Assembly (NCBI GenBank): GCA_947474365.1 | Contig: CANJIU010000009.1 | Span: forward strand, 64,457 to 128,456 | Origin: Opitutia bacterium | GTDB lineage: Bacteria > Verrucomicrobiota > Verrucomicrobiia > Opitutales > Opitutaceae | Reading direction: 5' to 3' | DNA: 64,000 bases | Shown here: positions 27,392 through 36,032 of the stretch, one piece after another | How positions within the stretch are numbered: the stretch's first letter is position 1 | How the letters are laid out: every line of letters starts with the position of its first letter | Translations under genes and position numbers: made by a program | The notes under the pieces: model-generated | Databases searched by the model: none | Told to the model about the DNA's origin: nothing | Seen by the model: the letters and a program-made list of their open reading frames with translations, nothing else

Positions 27392-27435
27392 ATCACCCAC
27401 AGATTACCCACACATCACCCGCACATCACCCACAG
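27392..27435. repeat. Tandem array of 4 x 11 bp (atcacccacag attacccacac atcacccgcac atcacccacag)
   Basis: Read directly from the sequence. Confidence 0.8.
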
Positions 27436-27689
27436 CGGTCGTTTCCCGCCGGGTGGAGCCGCCTCGCGCCCAACCGGGCCGCGCAGCACTGCTTCCCCCC
27501 GCATCCGGCAACCGCTCCGCGGCGGCAGCGCCGACGCCGTGACGCCATGTCGCTTTAACCTACCCACCACTATAACCTGCCTCGCCGCGCCGAGGAAGGG
27601 AAAGTTCGGCCCGAGCGTGCAAGTCGTTGCCGCGATCGAACCGTAGTACTTTTTTTGCCCCGCGCTCCAAACACGAAGCACGGGGCTGG

Positions 27690-27815
27690 CGACCGGCCCG
27701 ACCGGCGACCGGCCCGACCGGGTCAGTCCGTGAATTGCTAGCCCGCTGCCGCGACCGGAGCTCTTTGTGGCCATGGACTAACAATTCACGGATAGACCCT
27801 TTTGGCAGGCCGCAT
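27690..27815. repeat. Repeat unit A copy 2 of 2. Preceded by a tandem duplication of cgaccggcccgaccgg.
   Basis: See 26908-27015. Confidence 0.7.
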
Positions 27816-27905
27816 GGATGGCAGGCCGGGTTGCCGCAACGTCACGACTCCGTCGAGCGCATCCCGCCACGGGTTGCGCGCTGGAACGTTTCTAAAAGTC
27901 GCCGC

Positions 27906-27980
27906 AAACCCACGCGACGGGGCGTCTCGTACCCAGGGAATCGGATTCCGAACGGATCGAACTGGAGCGGCGACGCGCCC
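27906..27980. repeat. ~75-bp direct repeat (family R5), copy 1
   Basis: aaacccacgcgacggggcgtctcgtacccagggaatcggattccgaacggatcgaactggagcggcgacgcgcccg vs 28015-28092. Blocks aaacccacgcgac, ccggattccgaaYggatc and actggMgcggcga are conserved. Confidence 0.65.
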
Positions 27981-28014
27981 GATGACGCCCCAGCAAGTTG
28001 CGCAATAGCATAAC

Positions 28015-28092
28015 AAACCCACGCGACAGTGACGTTGCGTCCCCAGAAACCGGATTCCGAATGGATCAGACTGGCGCGGCGATGTCCGCCCG
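28015..28092. repeat. ~75-bp direct repeat (family R5), copy 2. Contains a perfect 9-bp stem hairpin ctggcgcgg/ccgcgccag.
   Basis: aaacccacgcgacagtgacgttgcgtccccagaaaccggattccgaatggatcagactggcgcggcgatgtccgcccgcgccag. Ends 20 bp before the helicase stop codon. Confidence 0.65.
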
Positions 28093-28111
28093 CGCCAGCC
28101 TCGAAAAGCAC

Positions 28112-29941
28112 CTACTCCGTCTTCGTCTCGTCGCCCGCGAGCGCGGGCTCAAGCGCGATGCCCTTGAGTTTGATTCCGGCGAGTTTCTTCACGATGAACT
28201 CCGCCTCAGGCTTGGCCACATCGGCCAGCGTGTGCCGCTGGTGAATGTCGATCGCCCCGACCACGGTGGCCGGAAGGCGGGTCACTCCCGCGATCTTCCC
28301 CACAATGTCCGCCGGCGTGACGAGTTGCTTGCGGCCAACATTGAGAAAGATCGTCGCCATCTCGGGGTCCCGTCCGGTTCGCGCTGGGCGTTCATACTTT
28401 GGCTTCCGGGACGACCCGGCTTCAAGGTCGTCCTCGGATGGCGTGGTCGTCTCGGACGGGAGTTCGGCAGCGGCGGCGCCGTGTGTACGCGCGACATCGG
28501 CCACCACCTCCTTGGGCGACGTGACGGCCTTGGCCCAGGCGGGCGCGGGCTTGGCGGAACGCGGCGCGGCCGGTACCGACGTCGGCGTCGCGGCGAACGG
28601 CGTGGCCGGGACGGGTGCACCCGGTTTCTTCCCGGTCGCCGAGGCGGCAGCCTGGCTACCCTGCAGGAGATGGATCAATGCCGAACAGATGTCCGTGCTG
28701 GCGTACCCCTGGTCGAGCAACCGATCGATCAGCTGGTCGTGGGGCTTGAACTCCTTCGCATCGAGCGTCGCGCGGATTTTTTCCACGAAGACGTTGGACC
28801 GGGCCGCGTCGACCTCGTCGAGCGATGGAATCTTTCCGCGCCGGATGTCGAGGCGAGCCCAGCGCACCATGCTCTGCAGTTTGTAGATCTCCTGGCCCGA
28901 CACGAAGGTGAAGGCCTGGCCCTTCCGACCGGCGCGTCCGGTGCGCCCGATGCGATGGGTGTAGTCCTCTGCATCGTTTGGCAGGTCGAAATTGAACACC
29001 ACCTCGAGGTCGTCGACGTCGAGCCCGCGGGCGGCAACATCGGTCGCAACAAGGAACTCGAATTTCCGCTCACGGAACTTCTGCATCACGCGGTCACGCT
29101 GCGCCTGGGAAATGTCACCATGCAGACGGTCGGTCAGATAGCCGCGCGAGTGCAGGTGCTCGTCGAGGTCGTCGACCATGATCTTCGTGCTGCAGAAAAT
29201 GATGCCATAGCGAAAGTCGTTCACGTCGATGAGCCGGGTGAGCGCCTCAATTTTCGACCGCCGGTCCACCTCAAAGTACGTCTGCTCCACCTGCGGGGCG
29301 TTTTGCGCGACGGACTCGATTTTGATCCAGGCCGGATCCTTCGAGTAGCGGGAAATCAGGTCCTGAATCGCCCGCGGGATGGTGGCCGAGAAAAACAGCA
29401 GCTGCCGCGTGGGCGGCACGGATTTCAGGATGTGCTCGATGTCATCGCGAAACCCCATGTCGAGCATGCGGTCGGTCTCGTCGAGGATCGCGAGCTTGAG
29501 CTGGTCGAGTTTCAGCGTGCCGCGCTCCATGTGGTCCATCACGCGTCCCGGAGTGCCGATGACGATCTGCACTCCGGCCGCCAGGGCGCGGAACTGCCGC
29601 TCGTAGCTCTGCCCACCGTAAATCGGCACGCCCGAGACGCCGCGCTTGAAGAGCGCGAGTTTGCCGAACTCCTCCGCCACCTGTACCGCCAACTCACGCG
29701 TCGGACAAAGGATCAGCACCTGCACGGCCCGAATCTTCGGGTCGACCTTCTCGATCGCCGGAATGGCAAAGGCCGCGGTCTTTCCCGACCCGGTTGACGA
29801 CTGTCCGACGACGTCGCGGCCGGTCAAGATCGTGGGGATGACGGCCGTTTGAATGGGAGAAGCCTCCTCAAATCCCATCTTCGCGACGGCTTTCAGGAGG
29901 TCCGGCGAGAGGCCGAGTTGATCGAACGGGCGTTTTTCCAT
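28112..29941 (-). CDS. DEAD-box ATP-dependent RNA helicase (DeaD/CsdA-like) with ~170-aa low-complexity C-terminal extension
   Basis: Start at MEKRPFDQLGLSPDLLKAVAKMGFEEASPIQ (Q-motif), ATG 29941. Walker A GQSSTGSGKT. DEAD box. SAT and HRIGRTGRAG motifs. Ala/Pro-rich tail and a C-terminal RNA-binding-like domain. The six-frame ORF extension to 30643 is rejected. Confidence 0.9.
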   Translation of the reverse strand: MEKRPFDQLGLSPDLLKAVAKMGFEEASPIQTAVIPTILTGRDVVGQSSTGSGKTAAFAIPAIEKVDPKIRAVQVLILCPTRELAVQVAEEFGKLALFKRGVSGVPIYGGQSYERQFRALAAGVQIVIGTPGRVMDHMERGTLKLDQLKLAILDETDRMLDMGFRDDIEHILKSVPPTRQLLFFSATIPRAIQDLISRYSKDPAWIKIESVAQNAPQVEQTYFEVDRRSKIEALTRLIDVNDFRYGIIFCSTKIMVDDLDEHLHSRGYLTDRLHGDISQAQRDRVMQKFRERKFEFLVATDVAARGLDVDDLEVVFNFDLPNDAEDYTHRIGRTGRAGRKGQAFTFVSGQEIYKLQSMVRWARLDIRRGKIPSLDEVDAARSNVFVEKIRATLDAKEFKPHDQLIDRLLDQGYASTDICSALIHLLQGSQAAASATGKKPGAPVPATPFAATPTSVPAAPRSAKPAPAWAKAVTSPKEVVADVARTHGAAAAELPSETTTPSEDDLEAGSSRKPKYERPARTGRDPEMATIFLNVGRKQLVTPADIVGKIAGVTRLPATVVGAIDIHQRHTLADVAKPEAEFIVKKLAGIKLKGIALEPALAGDETKTE

Positions 29942-30061
29942 TCCGCAAAGTGGGCCCCACGACCGGAAAAGGAGAGACAAAAGCGATCCCCTCCATTGGC
30001 ACCACCGACAAGATGGGTTCGACAGCCAGCCGTGGAAATGAAATCTCGGGAGGGTCAACCC

Positions 30062-30601
30062 ATGCCTGCCATCTGCAAATGCGGACAGGAAATCAACCTC
30101 GTCGCGTCGCTCGATGCCCTTTCGAGCCAGGTGATGGGGAGTTCGGGGATGTTCGTTGACACCTGCCGCGGTTGCGGGGAAACGACCGAAATCCGCCTGC
30201 GCAACGGCGGCTTTGAAACGGGATACTCGTATTTCGGCGGCAGCATGCATTTTGAAGCGATGCAGCGCGTGGGGGTGGCGGGCCTGAAGATCCGTGCGTT
30301 TGACCCCGATGACCTGGAAGTGACTCTCGGGGACCGGCGCTGGCTCTTCGGAATCCGGCACATCTCCCATCATCGTTTCGTCGTGTTTCCGCAGGCGTTT
30401 GTCGCCGGGAAGCAACTCGGAACGTTGAACTTCAAACAATGGGACGTCTCCGTCGCGCGCGTCGAACGGGGCGCCGAACGACTCGATCCCACCTCGGAGC
30501 TGGTCGTCACCGCGGGCGATTTCCTCGTTTTGTCCGGTCCGGCGCCGGCCTTGAACCGCGCCTGGAACTACATGAATGACGGGGACGCGATACCTCGTTA
30601 G
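30062..30601 (+). CDS. Hypothetical protein with N-terminal CxC...CxxC zinc-ribbon-like motif
   Basis: MPAICKCGQEINLVASLDALSSQVMGSSGMFVDTCRGCGETTEI.... 179 aa. Divergent from the helicase. No recognisable family. Confidence 0.45.
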   Translation: MPAICKCGQEINLVASLDALSSQVMGSSGMFVDTCRGCGETTEIRLRNGGFETGYSYFGGSMHFEAMQRVGVAGLKIRAFDPDDLEVTLGDRRWLFGIRHISHHRFVVFPQAFVAGKQLGTLNFKQWDVSVARVERGAERLDPTSELVVTAGDFLVLSGPAPALNRAWNYMNDGDAIPR

Positions 30602-31031
30602 CTCGCAGCCCGGGACATTCGGCGCGCTCGGGGACGAAATCATCCATCAAACCGCCCCGCCAACGGCACTTACGCGACCTACGTAACAGCGATGCTTGTA
30701 CGCGGTGCCGCGACACGCATTCTCCGACGCGTTCTTAGGATTTACACGCCTAAGCTGCCGCCGCTTCCTCGGCGACCAGCACGGGGGACCCAATTTTCCG
30801 TCGCCAGCACGAGCAATCGCGCAGGCGGCGGGCGGGGCGAACGGACGCGGGCAACCGCGGCCAAGGTGACTTCCTAGCACCGAGCCCGTCAGCTAACCTC
30901 GTCGGCAATGGGAAGGGTGATCCACTAGAGCGCCGCATTTGCGGATGTCTCCAAGGTCGCTCCAACGCAACCGCACCGTCGTGCACGTCGGGGAACACCT
31001 GTCGTGCGGGCGGCGCTTTCCAGACATCGCC

Positions 31032-32969
31032 ATGACCTCAGTCGTTCTCTCCCCGTCCGGTGCCGCGGCCCTGTTCGCGCACCTGTTCATCGTCGCCGTT
31101 TCCCTCTGTGCTCTGGGCCTCGCGCTTCGTCAGCAAGCGCAACCTTGGCGACTCGCGCTGGGTCTAGCGGCCGCCGCGCTCTGGCTCACGCCGCTGATTC
31201 TCGCCTCCGGCTGGGCCGAGCGAGGCCTGCTGCTGCTCGCGAGCCTGCTTCTGGCGCCCGGCCTCGTGGGCCTGGTCGTCATTCGCGAAAATCAGGTCGG
31301 CATCGTGATCAAGAAGTTCGCGTCGCGCTCACTGCCAGCCGGACAGCTGATCGCACTCGACGGCGAGGCCGGCTATCAGTCCGACACGTTGCCGCCCGGG
31401 CTCCATGCCGGGTACGTGTTCTGGCAGTTTCGCATCGTCAAGACGCCCATGGTCGAGGTTGCGCCGGGACAGATCGCGCTCGTCGTCGCCGCCGCCGGCG
31501 CGCCGATTCCTCCCGGACGCATCCTCGGTCGCGTCGTCGACTGTAACAACTTCCAGGATGCGCGCCGATTCCTGCTCGGCGACGGCGAAAAGGGCCGCCA
31601 GCTCGGGCTCCTGACCGCCGGCACGTATCGGATCAATCGCGCCCTGTTCGAGGTCATCACGGCCGACAACGCCCACGAACACAACATCCCGCCCAGCTAC
31701 CTCGAGCTCACGCACATCGAGCCTGACATGGTCGGGATCGTCACCACCCTCGATGGCCTGCCGATCGAAGGCGGCGAAATCGCGGGCGCGACCATCCCGG
31801 GGCATGACAACTTCCAGAACGCCCAGTCGTTTCTCGATCACGGCGGCCGGCGCGGACTGCAGGAGCAGGTGCTCCTTTCCGGCTCGTGGAACCTCAACCC
31901 GTGGTTTGCCGAGGTGGAACAGGTGCCGATGCTCAGCATCCCAATCGGCTCGGTCGGTGTCGTGATTTCCTTCGTCGGGCTCGCGCACCTCGATGTGAGC
32001 GGCGCCGAGTTCAAGCACGGCGATCTCGTCAACGTCGGCCACAAAGGCGTGTGGGTGTCGCCGCTCTACCCTGGCAAGCACCCGGTCAACACCCGCGTGA
32101 TGCGCGTCGAGCTCGTCCCGACGACCAACATCGTGCTCAACTGGGCCAACCGCACCGAGGCTCACCACTTCGACGAAAAACTCTCGTCGATCACCGTGCG
32201 CTCCAAGGACGGCTTCGCGTTCAACCTCGACGTCGCCCAAATCATCCACGTCGGCGCCCTCGACGCCCCCAAGGTGATCTCGCGCATCGGCTCGATGCAG
32301 AACCTCGTCGACCACGCGTTGCAGCCGATTGTGGGAAATTATTTCCGCAACTCCGCCCAACACCACACCGTGCTGGACTTCCTCAACGCCCGCAGCGACC
32401 GACAGGCCGAGGCGTCGGGCCACATCCGTTCGGCGCTCGCCGCTTATGACGTCCAGGCCATCGACACGTTGATTGGCGACATCACGCCGCCCGCGGAGCT
32501 GATGAAAACCCAGACCGATCGCAAAATCGCCGAGGAGGAAAAGAAGACCTACGAAATCCAGGAAGCCGCGCAACGTCAGCGCCAGGAACTCGTGAAGGCC
32601 ACGGCGCTCGCGAACATCCAACAGCAGATGGTCGACGCCGATCAGGGCGTGCGCATTGCCGAACTCCATGCCCAGTCCGCGATCCGCTCGGCGAACGGCG
32701 AGGCCGAGTCGACGAAGCTCCGCGCCTTCGGTGAAGCCGACGCCATCCGCGCCACCGGCAACGCCAAGGCCGAGGCCTACCGCGCCGGTGTCGAATCGCT
32801 CGGCGGCGCCAACTACACCCTGATGCAGCTCACGCAAACCCTCGCCGACAAGGGCGTGCGCATCGTGCCCGATGTTTCGGTTACCGGAGCACAGGGCGGC
32901 AGCGGCCTGCTCGACTCCATGCTCGCGCTTCTTGCGCGGGAGAAGAACGAAGGCACGAAGTCGGCCTGA
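31032..32969 (+). CDS. SPFH/band-7 family protein (flotillin-like) with N-terminal TM helices and C-terminal coiled-coil
   Basis: Start MTSVVLSPSG. Multiple hydrophobic helices, then the SPFH core. C-terminal EA-rich coiled coil (AEAYRAGVESLGG). No NfeD-like partner gene is adjacent. Confidence 0.75.
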   Translation: MTSVVLSPSGAAALFAHLFIVAVSLCALGLALRQQAQPWRLALGLAAAALWLTPLILASGWAERGLLLLASLLLAPGLVGLVVIRENQVGIVIKKFASRSLPAGQLIALDGEAGYQSDTLPPGLHAGYVFWQFRIVKTPMVEVAPGQIALVVAAAGAPIPPGRILGRVVDCNNFQDARRFLLGDGEKGRQLGLLTAGTYRINRALFEVITADNAHEHNIPPSYLELTHIEPDMVGIVTTLDGLPIEGGEIAGATIPGHDNFQNAQSFLDHGGRRGLQEQVLLSGSWNLNPWFAEVEQVPMLSIPIGSVGVVISFVGLAHLDVSGAEFKHGDLVNVGHKGVWVSPLYPGKHPVNTRVMRVELVPTTNIVLNWANRTEAHHFDEKLSSITVRSKDGFAFNLDVAQIIHVGALDAPKVISRIGSMQNLVDHALQPIVGNYFRNSAQHHTVLDFLNARSDRQAEASGHIRSALAAYDVQAIDTLIGDITPPAELMKTQTDRKIAEEEKKTYEIQEAAQRQRQELVKATALANIQQQMVDADQGVRIAELHAQSAIRSANGEAESTKLRAFGEADAIRATGNAKAEAYRAGVESLGGANYTLMQLTQTLADKGVRIVPDVSVTGAQGGSGLLDSMLALLAREKNEGTKSA

Positions 32970-33018
32970 ACACCCACCACGAGGGGACGGCTTTCGTGCC
33001 GTCCCCGCATCTCCCTCG

Positions 33019-35010
33019 ATGACTTCCATCCGCCACCTCTTCTTCGGTCGCGCCCGTTCGCTCGCCGAGCCGAACCTCTTCCATCAGGTCTCCCTCATCG
33101 CGCTTTTTGCCTGGGTGGGACTCGGAGCCGACGGACTCTCTTCGTCGTGCTATGGACCCGAGGAGACGTTCCGGGCCCTCGGCGCCAACCCACACCTTGC
33201 GATCTTCGTGGCCCTCGCCTCGGTCGTCACGATCGGCGCGATTTGCGCGAGCTATTCGCAGATCATCGCCCTCTTCCCGACGGGCGGTGGCGGCTACCTC
33301 GTCGCGAGCAAACTCCTCTCGCCCACCGCCGGCGTGGTGTCCGGCAGTGCCCTGCTCATCGACTATGTTCTCACCATCACGATCTCGGTCGCCAGCGGCG
33401 CCGATGCGCTCTTCAGCCTGCTGCCGCCAACCGTGCTCGAGTGGAAATTGCCGTTCGCGTTTGCCAGCATCGCCGGACTGACCGCCATCAATCTCCGCGG
33501 CGTCCGTGAATCGGTGACGCTCTGGGTGCCAATCTTCTTCATCTTTGTCGGCACCCACGCGTTCGCGATTCTTTACGCGCTCGGCAGTCATTCCTCCGGG
33601 CTGCCGGCGCTCGCGACTGCGACCGTGGACGAGGTCCATACCGTGTCGTCGCAACTCGGTTGGTTCGGATTACTCGCAGTGTTGCTGAAAGCCTACAGCA
33701 TGGGCGCCGGCACCTACACCGGTATCGAAGCCGTGAGCAACGGCCTCCCGATTCTGCGCGAACCGCGCGTCCAAACCGGCCGCCGCACCATGGTTTACAT
33801 GGGAGTGTCGCTCGCCGTCACCGTTGCCGGACTGCTCCTCGCTTACCTGCTCTACCGCGTTGAGCCGGTGGACGGCAAAACGCTCAACGCCGTTCTCCTC
33901 GAGAAACTCACCGCGGCATGGTCCCCGCGGGTCGGCGCTTCCTTTGTCTGGGTCACCCTCGCGTCCGAGGCCGCCCTGCTCCTGATCGCGGCGCAGGCCG
34001 GGTTTCTCGACGGCCCGCGCGTCCTCGCCAACATGGCCCTCGACCGCTGGTTCCCGACGCGCTTCGCCAACCTCTCGGATCGCTTCGTCACCCAGAACGG
34101 CATCCTGCTCATGGGCGGCGCCGCGCTCACGATGCTCGTCGTCACGCGTGGCGCAGTTGCCGTGCTCGTCGTGCTCTATTCGATCAATGTCTTCATCACG
34201 TTCACGCTCTCCCAACTCGGCATGGTGAAACATTGGTGGCATGTCCGCAGCACCGAATCCACGTGGCGACGCAAACTTGCGATCAACGGCTTCGGCCTGG
34301 CACTGACGACGTTCATCCTGATTTCGCTCACCGTCGTCAAATTCCACGAGGGCGGCTGGGCCACGCTTCTCGTTACTGGTGTCCTTGTCGCCACCGCGTT
34401 CGCGGTCAAACGCCACTACCAAAACGTCGGCACCCAACTGCAGCGCCTCGATAACCTCCTTGCCGGAGTGTCGCATGACGACGGCCAAAGTGCGGCAGCT
34501 GCCAAACGTGCCGCACCCCAGGCTCCGGACCCGCAGCAGCGCACCGCGATCCTCTTGGTCAACGGCTACAACGGGCTCGGTCTCCACACCGCGCTCCACG
34601 TCCCGCGACTCTTCGGCGACACGTTCAAAAACTTCGTCTTCATTTCTGTCGGCACGGTCGACGCCGGCAATTTCAAGGGCGCCGACGAACTCGCCGCGCT
34701 CCGCGCCCACACCGCCGCGGAAGCCGAGCGCTACGCCGCCTGGGCCCGCGCGCACGGCTATGGCGCCGCGACGCTCACGACCATCGGTCACGACGTCACG
34801 GGCGAAATCATGGCGCTCGCCGCGTCCGCCCGCGATCGATTCCCCAACAGCGTCTTCTTCGCGGGACAACTTCAGTTCGTCCGCGAGACTCGCCTCACCC
34901 GACTCCTCCACAACCACACCGCCTCGGCGCTTCAATACCGCTTCTTCGCCGAGAACTTCCCGTTTGTCGTCCTGCCGATTCGCGTCGGCACGACTGGTTT
35001 TGCTCCGTAA
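33019..35010 (+). CDS. APC-superfamily amino acid permease fused to a C-terminal cytoplasmic alpha/beta domain (UspA-like)
   Basis: Start MTSIRHLFFG. About 12 TM segments, typical of APC transporters (GADGLSSSCYGPEE...). About 200-aa C-terminal soluble domain (AILLVNGYNGLGLHTALHVPRL...FVFISVGTVD). Confidence 0.75.
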   Translation: MTSIRHLFFGRARSLAEPNLFHQVSLIALFAWVGLGADGLSSSCYGPEETFRALGANPHLAIFVALASVVTIGAICASYSQIIALFPTGGGGYLVASKLLSPTAGVVSGSALLIDYVLTITISVASGADALFSLLPPTVLEWKLPFAFASIAGLTAINLRGVRESVTLWVPIFFIFVGTHAFAILYALGSHSSGLPALATATVDEVHTVSSQLGWFGLLAVLLKAYSMGAGTYTGIEAVSNGLPILREPRVQTGRRTMVYMGVSLAVTVAGLLLAYLLYRVEPVDGKTLNAVLLEKLTAAWSPRVGASFVWVTLASEAALLLIAAQAGFLDGPRVLANMALDRWFPTRFANLSDRFVTQNGILLMGGAALTMLVVTRGAVAVLVVLYSINVFITFTLSQLGMVKHWWHVRSTESTWRRKLAINGFGLALTTFILISLTVVKFHEGGWATLLVTGVLVATAFAVKRHYQNVGTQLQRLDNLLAGVSHDDGQSAAAAKRAAPQAPDPQQRTAILLVNGYNGLGLHTALHVPRLFGDTFKNFVFISVGTVDAGNFKGADELAALRAHTAAEAERYAAWARAHGYGAATLTTIGHDVTGEIMALAASARDRFPNSVFFAGQLQFVRETRLTRLLHNHTASALQYRFFAENFPFVVLPIRVGTTGFAP

Positions 35011-35015
35011 ACGAC

Positions 35016-35870
35016 CTAAATCTTCAAATGCTTCAATAGCTCCCGCGTTTCCTCTTCCGGCAACGGGTCGCCATCGACTTCGAGAATTCTTCGCGCGAAC
35101 GGCTCCAACTGCTCCGCCGGTACCTCGACCGTCCCGCGCCCCTCGCGCCATTGGATGACCGGCAGTCCCCAGGCCTTGTTTTCGAGCACGACCCGCGCAT
35201 ACGCCCGCCGCATCGCGCGCATGGAGCGACGGGTTTCCTCGCCGGGCACAAAGGCCACGGGTTCTTCGACCGTTTGCGGAGGGCTGTCTGGCATGATCCG
35301 AACATGGGAAGACAGCTCGATCTGCGCAAGTCTCGGGACATCGGCGATCCGCAATTCCCCGTCTTCCTCCTCGGCGACAAGCTGAGGCCGGTCGCCGGTG
35401 TTGTCGTAAAGTCGCCAAAAATGAAGGAGCGGTCGATAATGTTCCATCAACAGCCGGATGCCCTTGCCGAATCGTCGCTGCTGCACGTCGTCGGGAATAT
35501 TGTGACCGCCTTTAACGACCCGGCTCCGCACGCGCAGGCGTGAGGTCTCCAAATCGCGAATCCACAGGAAATCGAGCCGGATGCGATAACCTACCGCTCG
35601 CATCTCCTCCAACATCGCCATATAGCCGTAGCTCGACAACGTCGTCTCGAAGGAAAAATCTTTCCGCTCCGTCGTCAGCTGCTTCAAACGGCGCACCATG
35701 ATTCGCCCGGCCTCGAATTCGGCCAACGCCGGATCGAAAGGCGATAGCCCGGCCGCGATCAAGTCCGCATTGACGAACTCACAGCGCCGCATTTCAGACG
35801 GCAGAAAGTCGCGCGCATACGTCGTCTTCCCCGCCCCATTCGGCCCCGCCAAGATGAAGAGATTTGGCAT
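35016..35870 (-). CDS. Zeta-toxin-like P-loop kinase / AAA-family ATPase with ~100-aa C-terminal extension
   Basis: Start MPNLFILAGPNGAGKTTYARDF. Walker A GPNGAGKTT. The zeta_toxin-like fold spans about 190 aa, followed by an acidic C-terminal extension. No epsilon-antitoxin-like ORF upstream (35871-36032). Confidence 0.65.
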   Translation of the reverse strand: MPNLFILAGPNGAGKTTYARDFLPSEMRRCEFVNADLIAAGLSPFDPALAEFEAGRIMVRRLKQLTTERKDFSFETTLSSYGYMAMLEEMRAVGYRIRLDFLWIRDLETSRLRVRSRVVKGGHNIPDDVQQRRFGKGIRLLMEHYRPLLHFWRLYDNTGDRPQLVAEEEDGELRIADVPRLAQIELSSHVRIMPDSPPQTVEEPVAFVPGEETRRSMRAMRRAYARVVLENKAWGLPVIQWREGRGTVEVPAEQLEPFARRILEVDGDPLPEEETRELLKHLKI

Positions 35871-36032
35871 GACCGAAAACAAACGGTTCGATCCGCCCGA
35901 TGCAACCGCGCGACACCTGGCCGCTTTCATTTTCGTGCCTTTCGTGCGTTTCGCGATTCAATTCCCCGAACTGTCCGACACTAAGCCGCCGCAACGAAAC
36001 TCTCTCCGCTCCGTTTGTCCGGATATCGCCCC

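Noticed and set aside
25888-27558. 556-aa plus-strand ORF spanning the lipoprotein gene antisense and the repeat region
   Set aside because: The translation is Arg/Gly/Ala-rich low complexity. It crosses clearly non-coding repeats and has no start context.
26842-28111. Considered whether the repeat-dense region is a CRISPR array
   Set aside because: The repeats differ in length (11, ~75, ~90 and ~100 bp). They are only ~75-85% identical between copies, are not regularly spaced and have no uniform-length unique spacers. No cas genes are present in the window.
27998-29797. 599-aa plus-strand ORF
   Set aside because: Antisense to the DEAD-box helicase.
31329-35418. Minus-strand ORFs of 566 and 582 aa
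   Set aside because: Antisense to the flotillin-like and APC permease genes. The second would also overlap the zeta-like gene.
35871-36032. Looked for an epsilon-antitoxin gene upstream of the zeta-like kinase
   Set aside because: The only ORF (35794..35994, minus) overlaps the kinase N-terminus in another frame and has no helical-antitoxin character. None was called.
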